DNA of 64,000 nucleotides from an uncultured Candidatus Saccharibacteria bacterium. GTDB taxonomy: Bacteria > Patescibacteriota > Saccharimonadia > Saccharimonadales > JACDBH01. The position numbers and the translations under genes are program-made. Position 1 is the stretch's first letter; every line of letters begins with the position of its first letter. Where the stretch lies: NCBI GenBank assembly GCA_964644965.1, contig CAZXYN010000001.1, positions 221,556 through 285,555 of the forward strand. The letters are read 5' to 3'. The notes below the pieces were generated by a model, which made no database searches, was not told where the DNA came from, and saw nothing but the letters and a program-made list of their open reading frames with translations. This document shows, piece after piece, positions 48,185-57,545 of the stretch.

Positions 48185-48192
48185 AGCCCATC

Positions 48193-48876
48193 ATGAGACT
48201 CAATCAGTTCCTCGCTCGACACACCGAGCTCAGTCGGCGCAGCGCTGACAAGGCCGTAACTGATGGACGAGTTGAAATTAACGGTGTCCAAGCACGCCTG
48301 GGCGATACCGTCATAGACAGCGACCGAGTAACTCTCGATGGCGCCAGCGTCAAGCCGCAAGAAGACTCGCTGACAGTGCTTTTTCATAAACCAGCAGGAG
48401 TTGTCGTGTCCAGAGATGGACAGGGCAGCAAGACCATCTATGACGTGTTACCAAGCGAATACCAAGGACTCAACCCGGTAGGCAGGCTAGACAAAGACTC
48501 GTCCGGGCTACTAGTGCTAACAAACGACGGCCAGCTTGCCAACCAGCTTACTCATCCACGCTATGAAAAACAGAAGGTATACAAACTAACTCTAGACAAA
48601 CCACTGCACAAGAACGATGAATCACAGATAAAAGAAGGTGTAGTGATAGACGACTTATACCTAAGCAGGCTTGAGATTACAGACCTATCGGTAGACAAGA
48701 AGAAACTAACTGTAACCATGAGCGAAGGCAAGAACCGCCAGATTCGCCGTACGTTCTCTGCACTCGGGTACAAGGTCGTAAAGCTCCACCGCACGCAGTT
48801 TGGGTCGTACCAGCTAGGCGCACTCGGAACTGGCGAATGTACAATTTCTGAGCCTACAAAAGAATTACGTAATTAA
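48193..48876 (+). CDS. RsuA/RluB-family pseudouridine synthase
   Basis: S4 domain MRLNQFLARHTELSRRSADKAV; catalytic GRLDKDSSGLLVLTNDG; EGKNRQIRR. Confidence 0.85.
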   Translation: MRLNQFLARHTELSRRSADKAVTDGRVEINGVQARLGDTVIDSDRVTLDGASVKPQEDSLTVLFHKPAGVVVSRDGQGSKTIYDVLPSEYQGLNPVGRLDKDSSGLLVLTNDGQLANQLTHPRYEKQKVYKLTLDKPLHKNDESQIKEGVVIDDLYLSRLEITDLSVDKKKLTVTMSEGKNRQIRRTFSALGYKVVKLHRTQFGSYQLGALGTGECTISEPTKELRN

Positions 48877-48923
48877 TTACGTAATTCTTTCTATCTAACT
48901 ACATTTATTGTATAATACTGTAA

Positions 48924-49664
48924 ATGTCCGAGCTAGTTACGCCCTTTGTTCCTCGTGAGCGTTCCGAGGAAATACACAGATACCAGAAAAGCATCGCTGG
49001 TAAATTTATTGTTTCGTCCCTAAGACAGCCTGACAGAGCAGATTTTGAAGATCAGCCGACAGATCGTGGCGACAATTACGTCCGATTATCTATGGCTCGT
49101 TACGAAGATTTTATGAGCTCAATGAGAGATCGACCTCATACAGCTTATGACGAAACACAAAGCCATAGCCAGAGAGACAAACAAGCCGTAGCCAACAAAC
49201 TTGAACAGTCTAGTGGAGTCCGTCATGGCTTCTTGGTCTGTGGTTACACACTTAGCCTTGGTGTAATGGCCTACAAGAATACTGTTCAGGAACAATCTGT
49301 AGGAGATTTGACTTCTGCGCTAATGCACGAGGAAACGATCAACAAAACCATCGTACTTCTTGCAAACATGGACAATGACCGAAATCGTGTATGGGAAGAG
49401 TGGGCTGGACTTCGTGATGGTGGTTATTATCTACACCAACAATTTGGTTCTTTCCCATTTCGCTTCGAACGCGACAAAGAAGACAAACCATACATGATGT
49501 TCAATATTGATGTTATGACAAGTGCAATACGCGAAACCCTAGATATTCCGCGTGGTGAAGCATACGAAGTCTGTCCAGCCGCCCACTTCTTGCCAATGAT
49601 CTGGCAGAACATGGTAGAACAATCAGCCTACGATCCTAGACTATTCGCCGCCGACTTAGCATAA
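48924..49664 (+). CDS. hypothetical protein
   Basis: 246-aa ORF; TATAAT 48911-48916 lies 7 nt before the ATG; no motif recognised. Confidence 0.5.
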   Translation: MSELVTPFVPRERSEEIHRYQKSIAGKFIVSSLRQPDRADFEDQPTDRGDNYVRLSMARYEDFMSSMRDRPHTAYDETQSHSQRDKQAVANKLEQSSGVRHGFLVCGYTLSLGVMAYKNTVQEQSVGDLTSALMHEETINKTIVLLANMDNDRNRVWEEWAGLRDGGYYLHQQFGSFPFRFERDKEDKPYMMFNIDVMTSAIRETLDIPRGEAYEVCPAAHFLPMIWQNMVEQSAYDPRLFAADLA

Positions 49665-49704
49665 TGATTGATACTGTTAGAAATTTATGGTATAGATATT
49701 ATTT

Positions 49705-50433
49705 ATGAGTTTAGCAGAGGAAACCATTCCGTTGTCTTTGTTTTTGCCAAGTAACATACCTGACATTAATAAGGACGACCTTGACGGACAACTAACAGAG
49801 AATTGCGCCGAAGATGTGAGTCTTAGCTTGCGCGCGGCAAGAGTTGTCCTCGATTTCATGGATGAACATACCATAAACGGCTATGATGACAGTTTTCTAA
49901 GCCTTGATGCTGCTATCGAAAGAGGCAGTTTCAACTGTGTTTCTTCTACGGCTATCGCATCGCTTGTGGGTAGGGTTCTCGACGGAATCGTAGCCTGCGT
50001 ACCTGTCATAGAGACATCTAGAAGCAACCGCGATGAACTACTTAGGGAGAAATACCTTCATGCTAAGTCAGCAATCCAAGATGAAGACGGCACTGTAACT
50101 GGTTTTGACCAGTGGCTAAGCTTTGAATATTACGGCACTGCAGAATATCCGATACTAAGCCATTCGTCGACAGAATTAAGACAATTAATGCCCGACTTAC
50201 TAACTAGCAATGGCATTACTCAGTTGCGTTACAATTTTGAAGACAATCTAGAAATACTTACAGATTATGAAACTAGAAAACTTCACGACCCAGACACGAC
50301 CAAAGATGTCTATACATTCTTTTGCGGCGAAGAGGGTATGAAGAGCTATCTAAACACCATAGAAGTAATGTCAGCGCGCAATGCTGGTACTAATCCTGAG
50401 TACTGGCCAAACCAACTTATTCCACGTTTGTAA
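49705..50433 (+). CDS. hypothetical protein (possible papain/transglutaminase-like Cys-His-Asp fold; speculative)
   Basis: 242-aa ORF; GSFNCVSSTAIASLVGRVL followed by YLHAKSAIQDEDG...GFD loosely resembles a transglutaminase-core arrangement. Confidence 0.45.
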   Translation: MSLAEETIPLSLFLPSNIPDINKDDLDGQLTENCAEDVSLSLRAARVVLDFMDEHTINGYDDSFLSLDAAIERGSFNCVSSTAIASLVGRVLDGIVACVPVIETSRSNRDELLREKYLHAKSAIQDEDGTVTGFDQWLSFEYYGTAEYPILSHSSTELRQLMPDLLTSNGITQLRYNFEDNLEILTDYETRKLHDPDTTKDVYTFFCGEEGMKSYLNTIEVMSARNAGTNPEYWPNQLIPRL

Positions 50434-50460
50434 ATAAAGTATCGAAATAATATTTGCCCA

Positions 50461-50489
50461 TTGTCAATACTCCTGACATCTGTTAGAAT
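50461..50489 (+). promoter_or_regulatory. der promoter candidate
   Basis: TTGTCA 50461-50466, 17-nt spacer, TAGAAT 50484-50489, 9 nt to the ATG. Confidence 0.5.
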
Positions 50490-50498
50490 AGTTCGGTA

Positions 50499-51851
50499 AT
50501 GAGCAAAACCAAAGTACCAATTATTGCCATCGTCGGCCGTGCAAATGTAGGCAAATCCAGCCTATTTAACTTTGTCGTCGGCGCCCGTGAAGCAATTATC
50601 GCTGACGAACCTGGCACAACTCGTGACAGTATCTATGGTAAGGGCACCTACGACGGCAAAGATTTCTGGCTAGTCGACACTGCCGGGCTAAAAGTAGCCG
50701 AGGACGAGTTCGAATTTACCATCCAAGAACAAATCATGCAGGCTGCCGATAGCGCCGATAGCATCATCGTGACTATCGAAGCCGACGCTATTATCACCGA
50801 AGAAGATCGCCGTGTCGCCAAGATGGCACTTAAGACTCGCAAACACGTTGTATTAGCCGTCAACAAAGCCGACAAGGTCAAAAAAGCCACCATTGATGAC
50901 TACCGCAAGCTTGGCATCAAAGACATTTTCCTAACTTCAGTAACCCAAGGGCAGGGCATCGAACAATTATTTGAGCACCTGGTCGAAACACTGCCGACAA
51001 CTACTATCAACGAAGCCGAGGATCGAATCCATCTAGCCATCCTAGGCCGACCAAATGTTGGTAAATCACATCTGTTCAACAGCCTAGCCAAGAAACAGCA
51101 GGCCGTAGTCGCTGATGTTGCTGGCACAACCCGCGATATCAACCGAACTGCCGTCAAATACATGCAACGCGAGATCGAGCTAATGGACACCGCTGGTATT
51201 CGCCGAAGCGGCCGAATCGAGCGTGGTGTCGAAAAATTCAGCGTTATCCGAAGCCTTAGCGCTATCGAACAAGCCGACATCTGCCTATTACTCATCGATG
51301 TCAACGAACCAAGTGTCGCCCTAGACCAAAAAATCGCTGGCATGATAAAAGAAGGCCACAAAGGCCTGATACTCGTCGTCAGCAAATGGGACAGCCTAGA
51401 AGACAAAGACGCCTTCACGCACGACAAGCTGACGCCGACCATCAAGCGAGATTTCGATTTCATACCTTGGGCACCGATGATTGTCACCAGCAGCGTAACT
51501 GGCCATAATGTCACTAAGATTTTTGATCTAGTGCTAGAAATCGACGCCGAGCGAAAACGCCGCGTCAAAACGACAGAGCTCAACAACTGGTTACAAAAAA
51601 CTACCGATCGCCATCCACCAGCTGGCCTCAAGAACCGCCAGCCAAAGCTGCGCTATATTGTCCAGGAAGAAGGCATGCCGTATCCAAGCTTCAAAGTGTT
51701 TGGCTCGCAGCTAAAATACCTACACTGGTCATACCGCCGCCACATGGAACGCACCTTCCGTGAGACCTTCGGCTACGAAGGGACTGGTATCAAATTCTGG
51801 TTTATCGACCAACACACGCCACGAAAACACGGCACCAAGCGCGAAGAATAG
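50499..51851 (+). CDS. der: ribosome-associated GTPase Der/EngA
   Basis: Two G domains (GRANVGKSSLFN...DTAG...NKAD and GRPNVGKSHLFN...DTAG...SKWD) plus a KH-like C-terminus. Confidence 0.92.
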   Translation: MSKTKVPIIAIVGRANVGKSSLFNFVVGAREAIIADEPGTTRDSIYGKGTYDGKDFWLVDTAGLKVAEDEFEFTIQEQIMQAADSADSIIVTIEADAIITEEDRRVAKMALKTRKHVVLAVNKADKVKKATIDDYRKLGIKDIFLTSVTQGQGIEQLFEHLVETLPTTTINEAEDRIHLAILGRPNVGKSHLFNSLAKKQQAVVADVAGTTRDINRTAVKYMQREIELMDTAGIRRSGRIERGVEKFSVIRSLSAIEQADICLLLIDVNEPSVALDQKIAGMIKEGHKGLILVVSKWDSLEDKDAFTHDKLTPTIKRDFDFIPWAPMIVTSSVTGHNVTKIFDLVLEIDAERKRRVKTTELNNWLQKTTDRHPPAGLKNRQPKLRYIVQEEGMPYPSFKVFGSQLKYLHWSYRRHMERTFRETFGYEGTGIKFWFIDQHTPRKHGTKREE

Positions 51852-51916
51852 TTACTGTATTTGATATTTTAGCTACATTAGTTAATAATAGAATTACAAT
51901 GTAAGGAGGTTCAGAG

Positions 51917-52138
51917 ATGTCAATGCAAGAAGCTATTAGTCAGACTAGGGAAGAATTAGTAAAAAATGTTTACCCAGCTATTACGGTTCTCGAGCTCAGT
52001 GGCACAAAAGTTGAACCTATAGTTGCAGATGGTGGCCCACAGTCCACCCCACCAGTACCATTCCAAACACACACACGTTCAGGCGAGGGCTATGCACAAA
52101 TTAATGACGATCAAGATCAGGAGCATCTCTACGAGTAG
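51917..52138 (+). CDS. small acidic peptide, candidate RiPP precursor
   Basis: 73 aa; strong SD AAGGAGG 7 nt before the ATG; C-terminus THTRSGEGYAQINDDQDQEHLYE is rich in Thr/Ser and Asp/Glu; first gene of the low-GC island. Confidence 0.45.
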   Translation: MSMQEAISQTREELVKNVYPAITVLELSGTKVEPIVADGGPQSTPPVPFQTHTRSGEGYAQINDDQDQEHLYE

Positions 52139-52142
52139 TCAA

Positions 52143-52730
52143 ATGACTTTTTGTTGTACGGTAGACGTCGTAACCAAACCATTACCTAAAAATGAAAAAG
52201 TTAGGTTTCCAGAAAATCGTAAAAAACTATTAAAAATCGCCGAGGAAGATCAACTAGAAAGATCTTCCTCTAATTTTTTTACCTCAGATAAGAATACAGC
52301 TGTTGCTATAAAATTAAGGGAAGATAAGAGAGCAGATGAAGTACTGAGGATCATGGATCAAATCAAAACCCCAACAGCCCGCAATATAGGAATTGATGGT
52401 TCAAGAGCCGTTTGGTTGATCGCACTTCATAACATGGAGTATCGGGGTTTAGGTAGAAGGGTACTAAAAAAAATGCGACAAATTTATTATAGAAACCCAA
52501 ATGAAGTTTTTTATCCTGGAATTCCCTATCTGGCAGACAGATTAGCAATAGTTTCAGGTAAATACAGTCACGATACTAAGCAATTATATGGTACACAGAA
52601 CTGGTTTGTTAGAGATGACAAAGGGAAAAGCAAATCAGGAAGATACCCAATAAAAGACAAAGTCAATCTACCAAAAAGGTTGAGAAAGTTTGGAATTTCC
52701 GATTCTAAAAAATGCGAGCATAGTGTATGA
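52143..52730 (+). CDS. DUF6624-like hypothetical protein
   Basis: GIDGSRAVWLIALHN and YLADRLAIVSG...KQLYGTQ resemble my recollection of DUF6624; start placed at ATG 52143; ATGA overlap with the ATP-grasp gene. Confidence 0.5.
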   Translation: MTFCCTVDVVTKPLPKNEKVRFPENRKKLLKIAEEDQLERSSSNFFTSDKNTAVAIKLREDKRADEVLRIMDQIKTPTARNIGIDGSRAVWLIALHNMEYRGLGRRVLKKMRQIYYRNPNEVFYPGIPYLADRLAIVSGKYSHDTKQLYGTQNWFVRDDKGKSKSGRYPIKDKVNLPKRLRKFGISDSKKCEHSV

Positions 52731-53704
52731 GAACACCTGAAACAAGTGACATATTCATAGCTTCAAGTTCTTTTGATAAGCCAACCTGGCAACCAGTCGC
52801 TTCTGAACTAACTGAAGCTGGTTATGAGGTGTGCGTGTTCGAAGCAGATCGAGTGGCTTTAGGTAGCACCTCGCTTGATGTTAAAGTCAACAATGAAGAA
52901 GGTTTGATAGTCTCATATGACGATGTTGAACTTTGCGTAGATTCCATTAAGGCTGCTTGGTATAGAAGAACGAGTTTTATTGCGGATAGCGCTCAAGATG
53001 CCACGCGGCAACTTGGTATAGACACCGAAAGAAAGGCGGCGCTGGGCGCCATTTGGAGTGAAGTGCCTGATAAAAAGTGGATAAATTCACCTGATCTGAT
53101 GCTTAAAGCAGGAAGAAAAATAACTCAGCTCACTTCTGCGCATAGGGTTGGTTTCAATATACCTACAACTGTAGTAACCAACGGCTGGGATACCATTCAG
53201 CGAGATCTACCGTCATCCATCATATACAAATCATCTTACCCCTTGCTTTACTCTGCAGATGAAGTATTATCTGTTTTTACTACTCCTTACGATAACTTAA
53301 TAGAATCACTACCTACAGAAAGTAATCCCTACCCGGGTATATGGCAGGAACGGATTGCAAAAAAGCGTGAATGGCGCATAACAGTAGTGGGTGATGATTT
53401 TTTTGACGCAGCGATATACACAAGCGAAGATGCTAAAGATGATTGGAGAAAACATCAAAACACAAAAGGTAGAGTCTCTTTTAAACATGAACGTTTTCCA
53501 GATGACGAGAAAGAACGGTGTTTAGAATATTTAACACATTTTGGATTAAATTTTGGTGCCTTTGATTTTATAGAAAACCAAGATGGCGAGATAAAGTTTC
53601 TCGAATGCAATCCAAACGGGCAATATATGTGGATACAAGAGCTACTTAAACTACCTATCTCATCTGCAATTGTCAGTAAACTGATAAAAATAGCCAACAC
53701 CTAG
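52727..53704 (+). CDS. MvdC/MvdD-like ATP-grasp enzyme (ribosomal-peptide-maturase type)
   Basis: IFIASSSFDKPTWQPVASELTEAGYEVCVFEAD, AAWYRR, KITQL, REWRITVVGDDFFDAAIYT, DDWRKH, FGAFDFIENQDGEIKFLECNPNGQYMWIQ. Confidence 0.65.
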   Translation: MRTPETSDIFIASSSFDKPTWQPVASELTEAGYEVCVFEADRVALGSTSLDVKVNNEEGLIVSYDDVELCVDSIKAAWYRRTSFIADSAQDATRQLGIDTERKAALGAIWSEVPDKKWINSPDLMLKAGRKITQLTSAHRVGFNIPTTVVTNGWDTIQRDLPSSIIYKSSYPLLYSADEVLSVFTTPYDNLIESLPTESNPYPGIWQERIAKKREWRITVVGDDFFDAAIYTSEDAKDDWRKHQNTKGRVSFKHERFPDDEKERCLEYLTHFGLNFGAFDFIENQDGEIKFLECNPNGQYMWIQELLKLPISSAIVSKLIKIANT

Positions 53705-53729
53705 TATGGATTTCCATTTGAAGGGGTAA

Positions 53730-54290
53730 ATGCATTATGCTTATGGTATGTATGCCAAACCATACCCCAAGACCAACATATCTCGGGCGTATTACAAACA
53801 TCTTGTCGACACCATAGAGCACGACCCACTGGTCAAACACTCGACCATGGCCGTCTGTTGTTTGCTAGCGGCAATTTCAATTCTACTCGGTGGACTAGTT
53901 TGGTTTGCCAATGCTAATCCAGGTAATTTGATTCAGACTCAAGGCACAGTTGCATCTATAAGTAACGGCAAGACAGATTCTATTGGCACCGTATCAACAT
54001 TTATTACCTTTGATTTCACAACCAGGGAGGGCGAGCAAAAAAGTGTCCGCCAGATTACTGATGACCATCTGACTTATAGCAGCGGTCAGATTATCAAAAT
54101 TGGCTACCACCCCAACAACCCAAACTACGCCCGGAACCTTCACGACAATCGGCCGCCTTTGGTATCACAGGCACTTTGGACAGTTCCGTTCATCATCATG
54201 ATTGGCCTGATATTTGTAGCCCTGTTCCGCTACGCTAAGCGTCAGCAGATTATATGGGAAGCCGCCGAGGCAGCTAACAGTGATGAGTAG
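53730..54290 (+). CDS. DUF3592-like membrane protein
   Basis: TM, beta-rich domain (GTVASISNGKTDSIG...IIKIGYHPNNP), TM: the typical DUF3592 layout. Confidence 0.55.
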   Translation: MHYAYGMYAKPYPKTNISRAYYKHLVDTIEHDPLVKHSTMAVCCLLAAISILLGGLVWFANANPGNLIQTQGTVASISNGKTDSIGTVSTFITFDFTTREGEQKSVRQITDDHLTYSSGQIIKIGYHPNNPNYARNLHDNRPPLVSQALWTVPFIIMIGLIFVALFRYAKRQQIIWEAAEAANSDE

Positions 54291-54309
54291 GGTATAATAG
54301 AGGTCAAAT

Positions 54310-55215
54310 ATGGGTACGATTATTGACATACAAAGCCTAACTAAACGCTACGGCAACAGCCGTGGTGTCGACAATATTACTCTAGCCGTCCCAGAGGGCA
54401 CAATCTTTGGCTTCTTAGGCCCAAACGGTGCTGGTAAATCAACTACCATCAACATGTTAATCAATCTGACGAGACCAACTAGTGGCGAAGTCAGAATATT
54501 CGGCAAGGACATACAGAAACAGGGTCTAGAAATCCGCCGCAACATTGGATTCCTCGCCAGCGATATGTCGCTCGACGGTCACCTGACAGGCTGGCAGCAA
54601 TTACAGTTTTTCGGGAATCTACGTGGTGATTACGACGCTAGCTACATCCGCGAGTTAGCCAAGCGGCTGGATTGCAATCTAAACAAGAAAATCCGTACAC
54701 TTTCTAGGGGGAACCGACAAAAAGTCGGACTAATCCAGGCTCTGATGCACAAACCAAAACTGCTAATACTAGATGAGCCTACGAGTGGTCTTGATCCGCT
54801 GATTCAGGCCGAGTTTAACCAGATTATTGCGGAGCACAAGAAAGCTGGCAACACGACCTTTATTTCGTCACACGTACTAAGTGAAATCCAGGAGCTCTGC
54901 GACCATGTGGCGTTCATCAGACAAGGCAAGCTCATCACCAGTGTCACCATGGACGAGCTGACCAAATCAGCACCAAAAGTCGCCCTAGTTATCTCCACAG
55001 ACAAAAAATTACCGGCCGAAATCAAAAAACTGGCTGGCGTAGACCAACTCCAGGTTAAGAACAGTAAGATTGCGTTCACTTTTAACGGTAAAACCAGTGA
55101 ATTATTATCACTCCTAGCTAGTCACAAGATAGACGACCTGACGATAAATAACACCGATCTGGAAAGCACCTTTATGGCGTTTTACGAGGACGATAATCAA
55201 GAGGCAGAGGACTAA
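54310..55215 (+). CDS. ABC transporter ATP-binding protein
   Basis: Walker A GPNGAGKST, signature LSRGNRQKV, Walker B LLILDEPTSGLD. Confidence 0.9.
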   Translation: MGTIIDIQSLTKRYGNSRGVDNITLAVPEGTIFGFLGPNGAGKSTTINMLINLTRPTSGEVRIFGKDIQKQGLEIRRNIGFLASDMSLDGHLTGWQQLQFFGNLRGDYDASYIRELAKRLDCNLNKKIRTLSRGNRQKVGLIQALMHKPKLLILDEPTSGLDPLIQAEFNQIIAEHKKAGNTTFISSHVLSEIQELCDHVAFIRQGKLITSVTMDELTKSAPKVALVISTDKKLPAEIKKLAGVDQLQVKNSKIAFTFNGKTSELLSLLASHKIDDLTINNTDLESTFMAFYEDDNQEAED

Positions 55216-56015
55216 TGATGCTCAAGGACGTATTCCAGAAAACCATCTTTGACAAGCGCTGGTCTACCATTATTTGGGCGATTGCTATCGCTTTGTCATG
55301 TCTACTTGTTGTGGTTCTGTTCCCAACCTTCCGTGATTCATTCGGCGAGGCACTCAAGGACACGCCAGAAAGCCTCAAATCACTACTGGGCGAAGCCTCT
55401 GACTATCAGAACATCAACGGCTTCATAGACATTCAAGTAATTAATCAGATGGTGTTTTTGACACTCATCATGAGTATCATCATGGGCACAGGGCTAATAT
55501 CTGGCGAAGAGAGCAGTGGAAGCTTGCAGACATTACTAGCCCAGCCGGTTAGCAGGACCCGGATTTACTTGTCAAAACTAGCCGCCATGAGCGTGCTTTT
55601 GCTAGTTGCTACCGCCGGTGTATTCATTGGCACTTACGTTGGTGCTTTGATGATTGGTGAAACGACCAATCTCAACGAAACCAGACTACTGCAAGCCAGC
55701 TTTATGACTTGGCTTATCACGCTGCTTTTTGGCGTCATGGCTTTTGTAGTCGGCGCTGTTACTGGCAAAAAGGGTATGGCTGGCATTGTAGCTGGCTTCT
55801 TTGCCTTCGTAACATTTATGATTACGACCTTAGCTGGAACCGCAGAGGTACTCAAGACAATCAACTACATATCACCTTTCAGATACTTTAATACACCTAG
55901 TGTCATGAAAACTGGCCTCGATACCGGCAACATCATCGTGCTAGCGGGCGTAACGCTATTGATGGCAGCTATCGGTTGGTACGTATTTACCCGTCGTGAT
56001 GTCTACCAGAAATAA
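55215..56015 (+). CDS. ABC-2-type transporter permease
   Basis: Six hydrophobic segments; TAATG overlap with the ATPase gene. Confidence 0.75.
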   Translation: MMLKDVFQKTIFDKRWSTIIWAIAIALSCLLVVVLFPTFRDSFGEALKDTPESLKSLLGEASDYQNINGFIDIQVINQMVFLTLIMSIIMGTGLISGEESSGSLQTLLAQPVSRTRIYLSKLAAMSVLLLVATAGVFIGTYVGALMIGETTNLNETRLLQASFMTWLITLLFGVMAFVVGAVTGKKGMAGIVAGFFAFVTFMITTLAGTAEVLKTINYISPFRYFNTPSVMKTGLDTGNIIVLAGVTLLMAAIGWYVFTRRDVYQK

Positions 56016-56033
56016 TCGGCTATACTACTAGCA

Positions 56034-56669
56034 ATGGGATTATTTTACCGAAGAGAAGAAGAGAATACCGAGATCTTATATCAGGTTGGTACCTCACAGG
56101 AGAAAACCAAGCTGGTCGTAGGACTAGGCAACCCTGGCGCCAAATACGACAAGACCCGGCACAACGTCGGTTTTGCATGCCTGGATTCACTAGCCGAAGC
56201 CGAGAACGGCAACTGGAGCGAGAAGAAATCACTCAAGAGCCTCGTAGCCGACCTAAGAGTTGGTCAGACGCGGATTATACTCTGTAAGCCTTCAACCTAT
56301 ATGAACCTCAGTGGAGAGGCCGTACAGGCCGTACAGAGCTATTTCAAGCTGACCAACGCTGACACTCTGGTGGTTCACGACGAATTAGACATAAATTTTG
56401 GCCAAATCCGCAGTCGGATCGGCGGAAGTGCAGGCGGCCACAACGGTATAAAATCACTAATCCAGCACTGTGGTGAAGATTTTGGCCGGGTACGTATAGG
56501 TATTAAGAACGAGTTTAGCGACAATGTCGATTCGGCCGATTTTGTCCTGCAAAAATTCTCAAAACCCGAGCAAGAACAGATGAAAACACTAATTACAGAA
56601 GTAAACTCGATTATAAACGATTTTGCCTTTGGCGGGCAGCTACCAGCCGACACCCGAACTTTTCTCTAG
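56034..56669 (+). CDS. pth: peptidyl-tRNA hydrolase
   Basis: LVVGLGNPGAKYDKTRHNVGF and VVHDELD motifs; TATACT 56021-56026 lies 7 nt before the ATG. Confidence 0.9.
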   Translation: MGLFYRREEENTEILYQVGTSQEKTKLVVGLGNPGAKYDKTRHNVGFACLDSLAEAENGNWSEKKSLKSLVADLRVGQTRIILCKPSTYMNLSGEAVQAVQSYFKLTNADTLVVHDELDINFGQIRSRIGGSAGGHNGIKSLIQHCGEDFGRVRIGIKNEFSDNVDSADFVLQKFSKPEQEQMKTLITEVNSIINDFAFGGQLPADTRTFL

Positions 56670-56956
56670 TTTTTTAGTCTGTCGAGCTCTGCCAAAATTA
56701 CTGGCTTTGAATAAAACCTAAACTGTTCGGTTCTATTGTTCTTTTTATAAAGTCGAGCAGCTATTACAAGTCCCGTATTCGCAGCCGTAATACATTCTCC
56801 TAAAGAAATGTTTAGAGCTCCTTTGTTTTCGGCATACCAATCTTTCGCAATCGTTGCCGCAAACTGCGCATAGCTATCAAAAGTTGGATCGTTATTACCA
56901 ACTCCTTCGTATTTCTCGAGGTAATTGATATATTCTAGCGCTTCTTTATCAGTCAT
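56666..56956 (-). CDS. hypothetical small protein
   Basis: 96-aa ORF, convergent 4-nt overlap with pth; no motif recognised. Confidence 0.5.
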   Translation of the reverse strand: MTDKEALEYINYLEKYEGVGNNDPTFDSYAQFAATIAKDWYAENKGALNISLGECITAANTGLVIAARLYKKNNRTEQFRFYSKPVILAELDRLKN

Positions 56957-57000
56957 CTGTAAATCATACTACTAGGAGAAAAATAAATACAAAACAAATA

Positions 57001-57035
57001 GAGCTTCCAGAGGGGGTGGGCACCGCTGGAAGCTC
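57001..57035 (-). terminator. 10-bp-stem hairpin followed by a T-rich tract on the minus strand
   Basis: GAGCTTCCAG / CTGGAAGCTC with a 15-nt loop; the minus strand continues TATTTGTTTTGTATTTATTTTT. Confidence 0.5.
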
Positions 57036-57545
57036 TATTTGGGCTCGAACAAGTCGAGCCTAAGTTACACCCTTCAACCCACCTTGAAGGCCTCCGTTTT
57101 AGGTATTCTCGTAAAGATATCCAAAACGGCCCACTCTAGGTTGTCCGTCACTTCGCCAAAATAGCCGCAAATAAAACGCGGTGGGAGTGCGGGGTTAAAG
57201 GGGTTAGTTTGTTTTAGAGCGCTGTACGGTTCAAAGAACCAACGCGCAATAGAGATAAGTGGAGGGTAACAACTTAAAATCAAGCACGCTCTAAAACAAT
57301 CTAACATCCTGAACATTGCACCTGCGGCACCAGCCAAGCAAAGCTTGTCTGCTGGCCGCCTTTTGGCGCATCTTCACATTTTTTCTTCTCGATGCTCCTT
57401 CAACGTATTAGAATACGTCTCAGTCCGCTCGGAAGAAAGAAATGTGAACCTGCATACAAATGCAAAGTTCAGTGTCCGCCAACTGACGGACGTTAGCATA
57501 GGGGTATAAGGTACGTAATCACCACCTCGGGTAACTACAGATTGC
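57001..57545 (-). ncRNA. candidate large structured ncRNA of unknown class (strand uncertain)
   Basis: 650-bp gap with no credible ORF; 13-bp long-range helix 57209-57221/57287-57299 plus at least 7 local helices; terminator-like end at 57001-57035. Confidence 0.3.

Noticed and set aside
50900-51631. 243-aa ORF on the minus strand
   Set aside because: It is entirely antisense to der, which has two unmistakable G domains on the plus strand. Its translation is Ser/Arg/Leu-rich low complexity with no motifs. It is a shadow ORF.
57074-57337. 87-aa minus-strand ORF in the dprA upstream gap
   Set aside because: It has an alternative start codon, no SD and an odd Cys/Phe/Pro-rich composition. It runs through multiple strong RNA helices, so an ncRNA interpretation is preferred.
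57001-57545. Identity of the large structured region as RNase P RNA or tmRNA
   Set aside because: I looked on both strands for GGAAAGUCCGG/ACAGAA (RNase P P4), for a GGTTCGA-type T-loop with a CCACCA end, and for an Ala-rich tag ORF. None was found by eye, so the class is left unknown rather than assigned.
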